A stretch of DNA of 64,000 nt from Octopus sinensis. Lineage: Eukaryota. Every line of letters starts with the position of its first letter. Positions within the stretch are counted from its first letter, which is position 1. Position numbers and translations under genes: made by a program. The notes beneath the pieces were generated by a model that did not search any database, was not told where the DNA came from, and saw only the letters and a list, made by a program, of their open reading frames with translations. Of the stretch, positions 24,993 through 41,270 are shown piece by piece. The DNA is taken from positions 122,760,001-122,824,000 of the forward strand of contig NC_042997.1 of NCBI RefSeq assembly GCF_006345805.1, read 5' to 3'.

Positions 24993-25249
24993 AAATAGAT
25001 GATAAATGTTTTTATTTTTCATTCCCTGTCGTAATTACCACTAATTGTGGTTTTGGATTTTAACTACGCCTTCTAGTGGTTTAAGTGTCTGATTATGGCC
25101 ATCTCTTATGTGTTTAAGTGTACACTGTATATATAATTAATAATATATAGTCTACTGACTAGTTTTTCTACACGCTAGGCCACGGTGTTAAAAGATTTAT
25201 AAATAATAATATACTACACTGAATTTTGCTTTATATATATATGGTACAA

Positions 25250-25350
25250 TTTATTCGCGATCAGATTTGTTCGGAAACCGAGGTACTACTGTATATATAT
25301 ATATATAAAGCACGATTTATTCGTGATCAAAGGCATTCGTAAACCGAGGT
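25250..25350. mobile_element. two tandem ends of a Tc1/pogo-type MITE
   Basis: aaccgaggtactactgTA and aaccgaggtaataatgTA about 62 bp apart. Confidence 0.4.
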
Positions 25351-25414
25351 AATAATGTATATACATACATACATACACACACATATATACACATATGTAT
25401 TTATGAATGTGTAA

Positions 25415-25483
<69 letters not shown>

Positions 25484-26263
25484 GTATATATATACTTAGG
25501 TATCCAGTGAATATAGCCATGTAATGATTTACGTAATACACCAATAACTTTGTAATCGTATACAACACAGCATAAACAAGTAGTATTGCAATTGGGAAAA
25601 TTGTAAAATTCCGAGCCCAACCTTTGTTCTTTAGCGACAAAGATCATATCTAACATAATAGCAAAATTTAAACACAGACTCTTGTGTGCTAATTCAATTT
25701 TCATTGTTTATTCCAATATCAGCTATTGCTTTGTAAAGAGTGGAGAGTACTTTCCGGGTTCAGGAGACTTTGTCGATAATGAAAAAAAAAATCCATGTTT
25801 TCGTACAATTCTATGGTTTAACATATTTTGATGTAATTCATGAAAATAAAATACGAGAACGATTGAAGTAAATATACTGCAGTGTGTCATATTTAGCATT
25901 TCGAATTCTTATGAAATGATAAACATACAATCACACGTTCAATTCTACATATATACTTACAAGCTTACACTAAGCACAAAAACACACATACACGCACATG
26001 CACACAAACATACACGCCTGCACACACATCCATGTATGTATGTATTACACGATATACTTTAATTATATAGAATATGTATATATGTATATATGTATGTATG
26101 TATATAGAATATATATATATAATATATGTATATATATATGTATATATATATATACATATATATGTGTGTGTATATATATACACATCCATGTATGTATGCA
26201 TGCTTGTACGTATATATGTATTACACGATATAATTAAATCATATAGAATACATATGTATATAT

Positions 26264-26328
<65 letters not shown>

Positions 26329-26995
26329 TATATATATATATATATAGAATATATATATGTACACACATCCATGTATTTATGCATACTTGTATGTATGTAC
26401 GTATGTATTACACGATATAATTCAATCATATAGATAGAACACTTAAACCTTCAAACTAGTATACACTCAAAAGATCGATACAAACACAACTATAGAAATA
26501 AGCTTCTTTCTGTATTTTAACAGAGGACTCGGAACAATAGCATTAGCTTTGGAGCTTTTCAAAGAGAAGTTAGAGCTAAGGGGATTACATGCATAACACG
26601 GTATCATCTACGGACTTAATTCTCACAGGAATATAAACGATATCAAAAGCGATTATGATATATTTTCTGTCTTAAATCTTTTATATTTTTCTTTTGTGTT
26701 TTGCAAGTCATGGATTTTGTCATTTTGTTTTCCTCTTTGAAAATGTTTATACGCCAGTACTGCATTTGATATATGCATATATACATGCCTAAAGAGAAAT
26801 ACACACACACACACACACACACACATACACACACACATACACACACCCATACATATATGCATATATACATATATACATCTATATATGTATATTCATATAT
26901 ATATACGTATATGCATGTATGCATTTATATATGTTTATTTGTATGTAGATATATATATATACGTATTTGTATGCATATATATATATATATATTTG

Positions 26996-27082
<87 letters not shown>

Positions 27083-29029
27083 TATGCATACTTATACACA
27101 TATTTGCACACATATATATATTTATATGTGTATATATATATATATATTTGAAAATATGTGTGTGCGTGTCTGTGTATATGTTTGTATGCTTCTGTGTGTA
27201 TGTCTGTGTGTGCGCAAACGTAGAAACACATACAGACACACATTGTTTCATCTACTAGTTCGACTTATATTTTGAAGCAAATTTCAGAGAATAAACCGAA
27301 ACATAAAAAATCACTAGAAAGAATTATAAATGGCTCTAATGTTCTGATATGTATTCCCAATTTGTCTTTCGTACTTTTTTGAAACATGCTGATATATGTG
27401 TGTGAGAGAGATTTTGTTTCTGCGTCTAAATTCCGTATGCATATATGAGTATATTCGCGTACATAAATGTATACATACAGACACACATATCACTGTGTTA
27501 CATCTGCTAGAATTCAAACAGAATTCCCCTTATAAATTCTCCTTATAGCAAACTGCAAACCAAAGCAGCTTTATGATTAATGTAGTCTTAAATCTTGTAT
27601 TTTGATATAGCAATACAATCACATTTCGGCGCTTATAAAAAGCAAATGATAGTTTGTTTATATATATGTACATATTTGAATGTTAGTTTCTATAGATAAC
27701 TAATGTACCTGAAATGTATGTCCCACCAATCGATCTAATTTTCTAACTAATAATAATTCATCTAGAGATGTACTTGCATGGCAAGTGACCTGATCTGAGA
27801 TCGTGTGCTGGAACGAAACGCAGCACGGAAATTTCTCAGTGAACAGCTCGGGGTCTCAAAGCGAGGAAAATATTTTGGCAAATTAAATTTCAATGTTCAA
27901 ATGGATCTAACGGTTTTGCGTGCTTCTTAAATGGCCTATAAACACCTTCCATGCTGCAATAATTTATGTATAACTGTAAAAAGATATGAAATTGTGGAAT
28001 AATGTTCTGTTTTGTTTCTTTCTTTTGGTGCACATTTTATCTCTGAATCAAAATATTGTGGTTGTGTCTATTGACTTTTCTCCATATCTGGTGATCAATC
28101 TCTTAGCGCCTAACACTAAAGCTTCAAAATCCCGAATTTTGGAATACTGAATTATCAGAGATTTTTAATTACTGTCGTATAGCCTTTTATCTTACTTCAA
28201 CTTCGCCTTTTCGCTGAATAACACTATTTACATTGAAAATGCAGTTTTGAATGCCATTATCTAAAACCTTGAGCTTTTATCTTGGAATACTATGAAAGAA
28301 ATATTAGAGAATGTAATTTATTTCTGTATCGAAAACTTCTCTTCTTTTAAATTTGATTTAAATTTCAAGAATCAAACTTTATATATATATGTAAAAATTA
28401 AAGAAGAATATTTAAAAATAACTGCTGTAGTGTTCCATATATGTGCGAATTATTGTATGAGATATTGTGAAATGCATGATGGGCATGTCAACCTATTAAG
28501 GAAAATCTTCCTTTTTGACGGTTTCCACAATTACGTTTTATAAGATAATCATCTTAGCCACAGCAGAAATATTACAATACACACAGAGCAAATTAAAATG
28601 AACCCTTTTCATATTTTCTAAGTATAATAATCACTCCCATAATAATTATCAAGGTTAGATTCTGCAAAAGTATTATCCGTATCAATTATTTAATGCAATA
28701 GAACGAGAGATAGTATAATAGCAACTGAAACTGTTATTGTTTCCCTAGTGCTACATATTAAAATTTCGTAAATAGCCATATCTCATCCCACCCATGCTCT
28801 ATTTGTCTCATCCCATTCCCTTCACTGAACTTATTCTCCACCCTACTTGTCTTCCTCTCCTTCCACTTGCCCTCCTTTCACTCTAGGGCTCTCTCCTTCC
28901 TTTGTCGCAAAGTAATCATACCTCTACATATAATCTTCCTTTTCTGTTTCACCTCATATGGTCACTTACACTCATCTCTCTCCCTCCATTCACTCAACCC
29001 TCTCTCTTCTCTGTTCTTCGTACTCCCAT

Positions 29030-29060
<31 letters not shown>

Positions 29061-29068
<8 letters not shown>

Positions 29069-29174
29069 TGCAGTTGCTCTCTCTCCTTGTTTCATTTGCT
29101 ACCATCCCTTTCCTCTCCGGCATATTATTGCTTTGTTCTGTCACTCTCTGCCTCTGTCTGTTTGTTTGTTTGTT

Positions 29175-29213
<39 letters not shown>

Positions 29214-29319
29214 TGCAGTTGCTCTCTCTCCTTGTTTCATTTGCTACCATCCCTTTCCTCTCCGGCATATTATTGCTTTGTTCTGTCACTCTCTGCCTCT
29301 GTCTGTTTGTTTGTTTGTT

Positions 29320-29350
<31 letters not shown>
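29061..29350 (+). repeat. 145-bp tandem duplication with breakpoints in (CT)n
   Basis: cgccctcttgcagttgc at 29061 and 29206. Confidence 0.95.
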
Positions 29351-29377
<27 letters not shown>

Positions 29378-31024
29378 TAGTCACGAAACAATCATGCTTG
29401 TAGTCACGCTCCACGAAAACATAAATCAGTAGCGCAGCTAAGTTCTCGAGAAACTAAAATAATGTCTTGGTAGCCCTGTTCCTTCGAGCGTGGTTATAGT
29501 CAAAGAGGATTCACCCAATTACCTGACTCCAACGGCCCTGAAAGGCAGTCGATTTACTATTTCTGCAGCGCAAATAGAGCTAAAGTTGAATGAATTTATC
29601 CTCTCTTATGTGCTCGCTATGCCTCACATTGACAAACTACACACCATTCTTAACTATGGTACTGCTCCCAATTAAACGTCTGACACAATGAGCAATAAAT
29701 AAAGCCCTAAGCAAATATCTTAATAAAAAGGCTACAACAAAAATGCAACCAGCTTCCTATACCTGGCCGGAGATGTCCATAGAGAGGTAAGAGCTAAAAA
29801 GGAAACTAAAGCTCTCACTTTTGAACAACGCTGAAGGAAAAGGAACTGACCGAAATACAAATGAAAATAAATTTACAGTTGAAAGTATGAAAAGCTTACA
29901 CAAAGACACCGAGAAAACTGTTAATGAAACGCAAACCATCTACAAATTCTACATAGAAGATTTCTCCTGGAATAGAGATATATGGATAAACTGCCGCTTT
30001 GAGCATTTAAATCCCAGGCAAAGTGGAAATCAAATTAATACCCAGAATCTACTCAGCCAACAAGCTAGAATAAAATCATACCGTAAGAAATGAAAAATCC
30101 ACAATACGTTCGCAGTTAAGGAAACAACAAAAAATTGTATACAGATGCAGTGCAAGCTGGAGTCGTAGAACAATTTAAATTTTTAGAAGTGCTACAAAAT
30201 ATAGAGTAGCAGCTAACAAAGCTACAAATCAAATAACTCCATGCGCACCACACACAAGACTGCCACAACTAATAGACTCGGCATGGGTACCATTTCTGCC
30301 ATGAAAGAAAGCTGACGGGTTCTATTGATATATATTAAACACTTTCTACAAAAATCAAGCCAAAATCAAAATTGCCTGACCGAATGATCTTTGTCCTTGC
30401 AAGCAAACCATATTCGTTGCACTTACACATCTCTCTACAGGAATAAATTATCCTTAGGTACACCTGCCAATATATGGTGTGTTCAGTATAGATAGAAATA
30501 AACAAAGTTTCAGTGGAGGTGCGATGTATGCCTATAATAATGCCACGCCATTAGTAAGGTTACAACATAGATGCCACGATGAGGATCTATGAGTGTGCAG
30601 AGGTAGCAAATATATATTCTAGGTGTCTTTTAAAAAGCTCCTTGCAGGTTAATTTTACAAGCAGATAGATCCGTTGAGCGGATTAGTTGGAACTCGCTTC
30701 GATAGTTATAAGTATGTGTATATAAAAGCTTGTGTATATGTGCATATAGTTATGGCACCACATGATTCACAGATAATAGATATTCACAAACTCATGCATA
30801 TATACACAAACCTGAATCTATACACAAAATCTTAAATACACAACCCTATGAATTCACAACACCATAGACGAATTTTGACGTGAAATGATCAGATAATTTT
30901 CTGAAACCCGGTGATCATGTGCACATATGTACAAATACGAACTATTTGATGCACAACTTCACTATAAATATCAGATTTGGGTCTGTGTGCCTCTGTGTGA
31001 GTTATTGTGTGCAAATATCATGAA

Positions 31025-32320
31025 TGATATTCAAATTGAAAACAAAGGACAGGTAGGGTATGAAACTGGATAGGCAGCCAGTTCCAAAGCTGTCCTTAAT
31101 GCCACCTTCAACTAGAGCAGTTCCAGTGTCATCTCCAACGTCTGTAGCGGAGACTGAAAGTGAATATCAAGAGTCCGTAAAATCAGATGAAGAATCCACA
31201 CAAACAAGGAGGAAACATGGCAAAACTGGAGCTGCAACCAAGTTAGTAATATCTTCCAAGCTATCAACCCCAAAATGCAGCAACAGTGTGTCGGCTATTA
31301 CCTCAAGATGGAATGAATGTCGAGACTGCTTTCCAATCTGGTATTTACAGATCGACTATCAAAGAAATTGTTGAACTAAAAAAGAAAATGAAGAAAACTG
31401 GTCATTGCATGATGACGGGAAACGTATTGGTGACCAAGAATAGCAATTGCTAGTTTTAAATAATGAATAGGGATGTTAAGTTAGAAGCACTCCAATTACC
31501 AAAGGGAAAAACCGATACTTTTGTGAAAGGAATAACAACTGTTTCTGATGAATACAATTTATGGAACTATGTAAAGATGATTGTCACTGATACAAGGGTG
31601 AACACTGCGAAAGGAAATCGCATTGCTATTCAGTTGCAAAGAATGTTTACTAAAAAGGGTTCGAAAAACCACAATTTATTGGTTGTCAGCATCATAACCT
31701 TGATAGAGATCTTCGTGTAGTAAGGGATAACGAAATTGGAAAAAAAGTTACTTCCCAATATTGAATATACATTCATCCCAGTGCTTCTAAGTAATTACGC
31801 GAAACTCCAGGGTAAATTCAACAATGGTGAAGGAAAGATTACTGAATCAGCAGGATGGCGAGATGACATGAAATATGTAGTTCATTTGACCATGGATTTT
31901 CGTTTCTTCGAAGAAACCAGCAAATTTCCTACTGTAAAGTTTAAGAAAAATACCCAACTTAAGTAATGCAAGATGGAATTCTCGAGCAATACTAGCTCTT
32001 TTGGCATTTATTCTCCTACCAGAGAAAATATTTTTGCTTCTGAATATTTGTCGATTTATCTCATTCAGATGGGCAGATTTTGGGTTTACTAATCAAATAT
32101 TCAATGCACATGATTATCACAAGTTATTTGGTAGAATGCATGTTCCTGAACACCATTGAGCTCTGTAAAAAACTTTTGGAGTCGTCGAAATTCCCGGAAC
32201 AAAGCAGAGAGTAGAACGGTCAAACAGGGGACTTCAAGTTCTTTGTGATGTTTGTAAAAAGAAGAAAAAAATTGAACTTCGATTTATTTTATCTAACAAC
32301 ATTAATTCTTTATGTTTAAA
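31025..32320 (+). pseudogene. decayed DNA transposase, hAT-like
   Basis: Across frameshifts: KMIVTDTRVNT, PQFIGCQHHNLDR (CxxH), GWRDDMKY, SNARWNSRAI. Confidence 0.6.
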
Positions 32321-32374
32321 TATATGCTAACATTCAGCACCCTCTTTCCTTATACAGTTATTTAAAATTGATAA

Positions 32375-33275
32375 GAGCCTTGAAGATGAAGAAGCCAGAG
32401 GATGGTCATGCAGTCTTGACAATGAACAATTGAAAGTAATTACTGGACAAAACTCACGTCAAAATGTCAGAAAAAGGTCTCAGGCACTTCGTGTCGGTAT
32501 TGCAACTGTCTCACGCAATCTGCAGATGATTGGTAAGGTGAAAGAGCTCGATAACTGCGTACCACATGAGCTCAATGAATATCAGAATTTCAGTGTTTTG
32601 AAGTGTGGCCGATACTCTTTCTGCGAAACACCAATAATCCTTTTCTCGAGCGAATAGTCAATATTGACGAAAAGTGGGCTCTTTATGATAACTGTAAATG
32701 CATACCGGCCTCCCCTATCAATGACTTGATCGTGATGAGCTAAAGTTGCATCAGCAAAAGATTATGGTGACTGTCTGGTGGTGTGCAATTGGTGTTGTCC
32801 ATTACAACTTTCTGGAATCCAGTCAGAGCATTACAGCTGGAGTTTACTGCAATCAGCTCGCTGGAATGCAAAAAAGGAGAGACCTGCATTGGTGAATCGG
32901 CGGGGCCCAATTCTGTTCTACGATAATGCAAATTCACATGATGCGAGAATTACGCTGCAAAATCTCACAGACTAATGATACGAGATTTTATCACATCTTC
33001 CATATTCTCCTGATCTTTTACCCACTGACTATCATTTTTAAAGCGTTTAAACACGTTTTTACGTGATAAAATTTTCAGATGAGGAATCAGCTTTCAAAGA
33101 ATTCTTAACATCAAAGCCAATGATTTTTTATCAACGAGGAATAATCTCGGAGATCAATGGCAGAGATGCATAGATGTTCACGGCTCACACATTGACTAAT
33201 CAAAACATATCTATTGTTAATTCTTCCAGAATAAAATTGTTTCTCAAATCGGCCAATATTTTCGGAACAACCTTA
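32375..33275 (+). mobile_element. 5'-truncated mariner transposon remnant with right terminal inverted repeat
   Basis: CVPHEL, IDEKW, MVTVWW, FYDNANSH, PYSPDLLPTDYH motifs; end ttttcggaacaaccTTA. Confidence 0.92.
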
Positions 33276-33594
33276 TACATGTGTGTGTGTAGAAATGAGT
33301 GGCGACGTCATTGGTGCCAAGCTGTATCGGACTTTGCCTTTCCCTTGGATGATATCGGTGGCATGGATAGGGGAGGCCGGTATGCATAGGCGACTGCTGG
33401 CCATCCACAAACAACTTTGCCTGGACCTGTGCCTCGGAGGGTAACATTCTAGGTGCAATCCCATGGTCATTGGGACAAGAATGCAAAACATCCTGACAAC
33501 TAGATGATACAGAAAGGGAGAATAAAACATCCAGACAGGCGATACAAAAACAACAAGGACGGGTCATTCGAAGTTTTCTATCCTCAGGCAAGAA

Positions 33595-34210
<616 letters not shown>

Positions 34211-34333
34211 GAGAGATGGGGAAAGAATGAACGATGAGTGGAATGAATGAATAAGCGTGAAAAGTTTGATAGATTCGTGCAAAATTTAGTAAAATATGTA
34301 CGTACATATAAGGGAACAAAGTGTACATACGCC

Positions 34334-34423
<90 letters not shown>

Positions 34424-34820
34424 CAAAATGTATGTATGTATGTATATATGTACAGCCTAACACATTGATTTTATATTTTAATCCATTGCGCCTCATCATT
34501 TCAATTCGACCAAGAATATGACAAACATTTTAACATTTACAATGAACAACGCGATTACAATAATACAAAGCACAATCTATATGTACGTACGTATGTATGT
34601 ATGTATGTATGTATGTATGTATGTATGTATGTATGTATGTATGTATGTATTTATGCCTGTATGTATGCATGTATCTCACTCTCTCTCTCTATAAGCATAT
34701 ATATCTGTGTATATATAAAGATATTACTTCTATATTTATATAGACACGCATATGAATGTATATATATATATATTATATATATACATGTGTGTTTGTGTGT
34801 GTGTGAATGTGTGTGAGTGT

Positions 34821-34864
<44 letters not shown>

Positions 34865-35891
34865 ATATTTCGACATGATATTTATTAAAGTACTACAAAA
34901 AAGTGCAGCATACTGTAGAGTTGTATTTGTTCGAGGTATATCTGGTGGAGCTTGAAGTTTATCGTGACTCGCATGACAGAATTTATAATTCATATATGTA
35001 TATGTATATCAGAAGCGGCTCCAGGTCATTAGCATCACTTGGGTTCATCACAGATTTCGCATGAGACCTATACCTACTTGAAGAATTATTTCACGTTTTT
35101 CTGCTTTATTTCTAGCCCCGAAGGACTTCTTTTTTTACATCTAGTAGTATGTGTTTCTCCATTTCTATGTTAAGGGTTAAAATAAGGTAAGTCTGCAAAA
35201 CACAACTGATCTTTGCACACAGACGCACAGAATAACATCAAGCTAGAAACGACAGCGGACTGCACAACAAACATAAGGGATCTGACCTGAACTCTTGAGA
35301 AGAGATACCAGTTAGGTTTTTACCTACTGCGCTCTTTCGTATAAGCCCGAGTTTCTGGATAAGGATTTGTTCCTTTAAGAATATTGTAGAACGGAAACTT
35401 TTCATAGATAGAAATTTAAATACTAATCTCTATAGAAATTCATTGTTTCAAGAAAACATTGAATTTTAATTAGCTTTATCTTTTCAGATTATAGATAACA
35501 ATTCGGCCTGTAACTTCCGAGACCGAGCCATGCGTGTGTGAACTATGTCAAGAGAACGTCTGCTACAAATGATATCTTTTGACTAGGCACGTCTAAGTCA
35601 CCACCAGACGCTGAACGAGAATAAATGCAATGCGACTAGGCTCAATAAAAGGAGTCCAAGTTATTGGCGGTAATTACATGCTTGAAGTCAGTATTGGCAG
35701 AAATTAAATCATTTTGCAAATACACGTTCTCTTGAATAAATTTTCACCCGGACTAAACCCCGAACAGCCTTAGTGCCGGTGATATATATATATATGGATA
35801 TATCACTGCGATAATATTTAAACTCATAAAATACTATACACACACACAAACACACACATATATATATATGCATATTTAATATACACACACA

Positions 35892-35974
<83 letters not shown>

Positions 35975-37073
35975 GATAGATAGATAGATATACATACACA
36001 CGTATACAGTACTCCATTTGCTATCGCGGTTGTTACGTTACAATCCTCCGCCCTCGCGCGATAGGTAAAAATCTACGAAGCAGAAAGAGTACAGTATATT
36101 TTTTACAATTATTTTTATAATTTGTATATATCTATTTCATCATAAATGCGAAACAACAACACGAAGGAGCCGACGTAAGCAAGATAATAAACAGCGATAG
36201 GTGAATCGTAGTATGGCAAGGGATGCAGTCAATATGAATGATCGAACACAAAAGATAACAATAACAAAAGACCGTGCTCATGGAATATTAGTTTGACGCT
36301 CGGTAAAGAGATAGAATTTTTGAATTCTCGGGCCTAGCTTTTCGTTGGAAAGGAAATCGGTGAAGTAATCTGAAGACAATGTAAAATAATGGTTAGTAGA
36401 TATCTTTTTTCTTGCAGTAAATTTGACTTACAACTGTTTCTTTCAGTCATTACATCTCCCTTATTGTTAGGTTTACTCAATCTGCCCGTTGATCTGTAGA
36501 GAAAAACTGAACCACATGTCAGCTAATGGTACTTTCGTTTCTGGTTATAACAAGAACACTAAAATTACTGTATCAGTACAGGGCGAGGAGTGAAGAAAGG
36601 CAATAAGAAACAATATAAGGAAAGTGGAAAATAGAGAATGAAGAAAAGAGAAAGAGAAAAGCGGAAGACAAGTTATGGTTTGTAAAGTAAGACTAAAATG
36701 AAGGCAAGGAAAGAAAGGAAGCGAAGAAGGATAAAAAGAATAGAGGAGTGGAGGTATTCTATATATGGAGGTACAGGGGATGGCCAAAATTAACGAGAGG
36801 ATACCCCCCCTCCACAATTCTTTCTATTCCATCCTCTGCTCTTTGGTTTCCTTCTGTAATGACCATTATTCCTTGTCTTATACATCACTCTGTAAAATCC
36901 TGTATACCTGGAACACAACAATGGATTTCCAATATACAATGGTAAGGAACTCTCACCCTGGAAACCGCCACAAGAAGTTCTGTACCAATAGAAACAATAC
37001 TGTTAGCCTGGTATTCTAACAGAGAGCCTCTAAAGTGCCCGAATTGATAATCCTTCATTAATAAATTATAGTA

Positions 37074-37167
<94 letters not shown>

Positions 37168-37345
37168 GCTATATTATAACGGTGAATTATGTATGTTGGC
37201 ATGTCTGAATATTTGAATATATGTGCATCTATTATCTACTTATCTATTTGTCTGTCTGTTTATTTATAATTTTTCCTATTTGTAGATATCTACATATCTA
37301 CTTGTTTCTCTACACCTATACATATAACATATATATAATTATAGA

Positions 37346-37378
<33 letters not shown>

Positions 37379-37384
37379 TTTCTG

Positions 37385-38334
37385 CAGAAAATACAGAACC
37401 CCAGTGATGTTGCATACCTGCAGCAGGAGTTGGACTCAAACTACAGATGGGCTGAGGATAATAATATGCAGTTTAATGCTGAAAAATTCAGGCTCTGCGC
37501 TACCAGCATCCAAAACTGAATATTAAACTTACAAGATACACCGGTCCACAGGGAATTTCAATCCTAGAGCCTAAGTCTGGGAGGGACCTGGGTATCGACA
37601 TGAGTGCTGATACCTCTTTCCAAGTGCACATTACCAGGATGGCGACAAAGTGCAGACGACTAGCCGGGTGGATCCTAAGAACATTCAGAACCAGAGATAA
37701 GGAAACCATGATGGTCCTCTGGCGGACATTCATCCTCAGCCGCCTTGATTACTGCTCACAGCTATGGTCACCCACCAGTGTAAAATTAACAGCGGACCTT
37801 GAAGCAATCCAGAGAAGATTCACAAAGAAGATCGTCTCTTAGCAACAGCTCAGCTACTGAGAAAGGTTGAAACAGCTAATACTCTACTCCCTGGAGAGAC
37901 GACGGGAGAGGTATGCAGTAATATATGTCTGGAAGATCCTGGATGGAATTGTACCAAATTTTGGCATTGTAAGCTACACCAATGCTAGAACGGGACGACA
38001 CTGCATAGTGCCAAAGATCCCAGCAATGCCATCACGCTTCAGGACCAGCTTCTGCAACAGCCTGGGTTTCAAGGGCCCACAGCTTTTTAATATTCTCTCA
38101 AAGAGACTGAGGAACTTGCACAAAGTAGATGTAGCGGTTTTTAAATCAAAGCTGGACATCTTCCTGTCAAGAGGCCCCGATGAACCTACCTCACGGCAAG
38201 AGGTGCCAATGAGAGTAGCTATATCAAACTCCATTCTTCACCAAGTGCCACATTTAAGACGAGGTTCTTCGCAATAACAGTGTAGCACAAAACGGCGGTG
38301 CATCAGCTTGGCCGCAGCTCTGAGCTGAAACTAG
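37385..38334 (+). mobile_element. CR1-type LINE 3' fragment
   Basis: WAEDNNMQFNAEKF, RDLG, ILSRLDYCSQLWSP, LYSLERRRERY; 3' end ggcggtgcatcagcttggccgcagc..gctgaaactag. Confidence 0.93.
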
Positions 38335-38364
38335 AGAAAAAAAATATATACATATATATATAAT

Positions 38365-38715
38365 TGTGAGAAATTTTGGCATTGAAAGCTACACAAATGC
38401 CAGAACGGGTCGACACTGCACAGTGCCAAAGGTCCCATCAATGCCATCGCGCTTCAGAAACAGTTGCTGCAACATCCTGGGTTTCAGAGGCCTACAACTT
38501 TTTAATATTCTACCAAAGGAACTGTGTTTTCAAGTCATTACTAGACGTATTCCTGTCGACAGTCCTAGATTAATCTACTTCGCGGCATGAGGTACAAATG
38601 AGCTAACGACATCAAAGTCCCTTCTTCACCAAATGCCACATTAGAGAAGGCTTTCAATAATAAGAGTGTAGCAAAACGGCGGTGACCCAGCATGGCCACT
38701 GTTTTGAGATGAAAG

Positions 38716-38718
<3 letters not shown>
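38365..38718 (+). mobile_element. second CR1-type 3' fragment of the same family
   Basis: NFGIESYTNARTGRHC; same 3' motif. Confidence 0.88.
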
Positions 38719-38754
<36 letters not shown>

Positions 38755-39835
38755 GTATATGTATATTTATCTATATATATATAGATGTATATGTATATAT
38801 ATATGTATATATATAGAGATGTTATATGTATATATATATATATGTGTATATATATATATATATAGGTATATATTATATATATATAGATATGTATATATAT
38901 ATATAGATGTATATGTATGTATATATATATATATATGCATACACACACACACACACACACATTATATATATAATATCTGTTAGAAGTCTCACTTGTGCTA
39001 TTTTATGTATGGGTGGATCTGATACTGGAAATAGCATTGCTTTTCATCAAGTTATTGCAATCCACAAGAGCAATAAAGTCTTCATACCTAAACATTTTGC
39101 CAAATAGTTGGACATTTCTCGTATGAATGCGCTAAACAAATCAAACTTTTAATATAGAAATATTGCAACATTCGTAGACATTGAAGTTTTCATGCATAAA
39201 TCAACGTTAGATTGCTGCACATATCTGTTGGAACCTTTCCAGTTTCCAGAACGCACTATATGATTCTATGTTAACCTACACTACACTTCACACATTTTTA
39301 CACGGCTTCATTACTGACGTCGCTTGATATGCTGCTAGAATTCGAACATGCTTGAAATCACATCCTACCATTTTAGAAGTAAAATATATAATCAACATTC
39401 AGAGACGGATATTTCGCAAACGAAAAATGATGTTGTTATTCATCATAGTTCAGCGCAGGCAGCTCTTAATTTGAGTTTAATAGCAATAGCAACTCTAACA
39501 AGAATTTAAATTTTAGCTAGCAAAGAAAATAAACTAAATCAGTGATTTACAAGCTTACAAGACTCCCCCTTAGAGAAATTCGTGTTCACATTATTGCCTC
39601 TCCCTAACTTCTAGTTAATGAGATGATATTATACAAGATGCACCCACATAATCGACAACACTTCGGCGTGGTATGCATCTTACTTAAAATTTGCAACTAT
39701 TATAATTATTTAACGGTGCAATTGCGCCGCAATATTTCAAACCTCAAACAACCTACGCATGATAGAAATTTCAACATGCATAACACAAATGCGATTTCCA
39801 TAACTTAAAGCAGAATGTGCGTGTGTGTGAACACG

Positions 39836-39883
<48 letters not shown>

Positions 39884-40479
39884 GATATAAATATATATAG
39901 ATAATTGTGTATGTGTGTGTAATTGAATGTGTGTCAGTGTTTGTGTATGTGTACTTATTTAGTATGTTTATGTAACTTTATATATATATATATACATATA
40001 CGTACATATATACATACACACACATATATGTATATATGTATACCTATATATATGTACATACATATATTAATATTCACACATATATGTACCCTCCCATCTA
40101 CATGCATATATATACATAGGGACACATACACATGTATATATGTATGTATAATTCTGTATAAAATTTATTACATGAGTATTTCATTCAATAAATTCTTGAT
40201 AACAATGAACACATTCTGGCTCATGAAACATGCAATATCTTGAAATACATAAATGAAATTCAAGTACATTTCCTCAAAAATCTGAAAAAATTATATTTTG
40301 TCTGCCATAAAATTGATCTCATCATTTCCATTTCTTCTGCTTCCTTGATACTGAACTTTGGTTACAGACTGTGGACAACAGAGTGCAGCTACTCCACTCC
40401 TATTGCATGAAATCCATACCCTCTAAATATTTTGTTGACTAGAACTCAGCTTTGTCACACATGAAACTTAACATACTGA

Positions 40480-41110
40480 TAGCAGTCTTAGGATAATGAA
40501 CAATGTGTACCCACTTTGCAAATCCTATAAGAGGAAGAACATGTACAAAACTTCATGCACTGCATGCAATTATCTGGATATGATAAGAAATATATGGTTC
40601 GGGTATACAGGGGTGCTAGAAAGAAGTTAGATAACATTATATGTAATGAAGCCGGTGGTACCTGCTCTAGATATAGAAGTAAAAACTCGAAAAGAATACA
40701 AAGAGGTTGTGACAAAACAAACGGTGAACACGTGGTATAAAACTGACAAATGTCAAGGAGTAATATTTGTAGAGGCCACAGACAACGGAAAACAAGCCCG
40801 TAGATTTAGGGAAGCCCTGAATGTAACCACGGTCACCATTAAGATTGTTGAAAAACCAGGGAACTCCATCAGATAACAACTATGTCGGACGTACCGCTTT
40901 GAGAATGCCATATACACCAATGATGACTACACGACATGTCGGATTAGTCTGGCATTAACTGTAGAACTAGAAATGTAGTATATAGCATAAGAGGCATAGA
41001 AGGTGCTTGTAAAGACATGAACCTGACATACATAGGGGAGTCATTTAGGAGCATTGCAGAAAGACTAAATGAAAATGTGAGACAATATGACAACAACAAA
41101 ACAGTCCTTC
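40480..41110 (+). pseudogene. Penelope-like element C-terminal fragment (thumb region and GIY-YIG endonuclease)
   Basis: MQLSGY, WYK...VIFVEAT, KIVEKPGNSI, then VVYSI...YIGESFRSIAERL across frameshifts. Confidence 0.7.
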
Positions 41111-41210
41111 ATATTCTACCAAAATAGCAGCAACCTGGGTCAACTTGACATCTGTAAATGAGTGGAAACTTCACCGGTGAATATGTTAAATAATAAGGTA
41201 CTGATACAAC

Positions 41211-41269
<59 letters not shown>

Positions 41270-41270
<1 letters not shown>

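Noticed and set aside
25401-25704. Hydrophobic or Cys-rich minus-strand ORFs as a host exon
   Set aside because: No convincing splice sites or recognisable family, and they run into microsatellite
29440-30560. Possible LINE ORF1 and endonuclease remnant (DRNKQSFSGGAMY)
   Set aside because: Only one weak motif among many stops
35120-35190. Plus-strand segment with good acceptor and gtaagt donor
   Set aside because: Isolated, with uninformative translation and no partner exons
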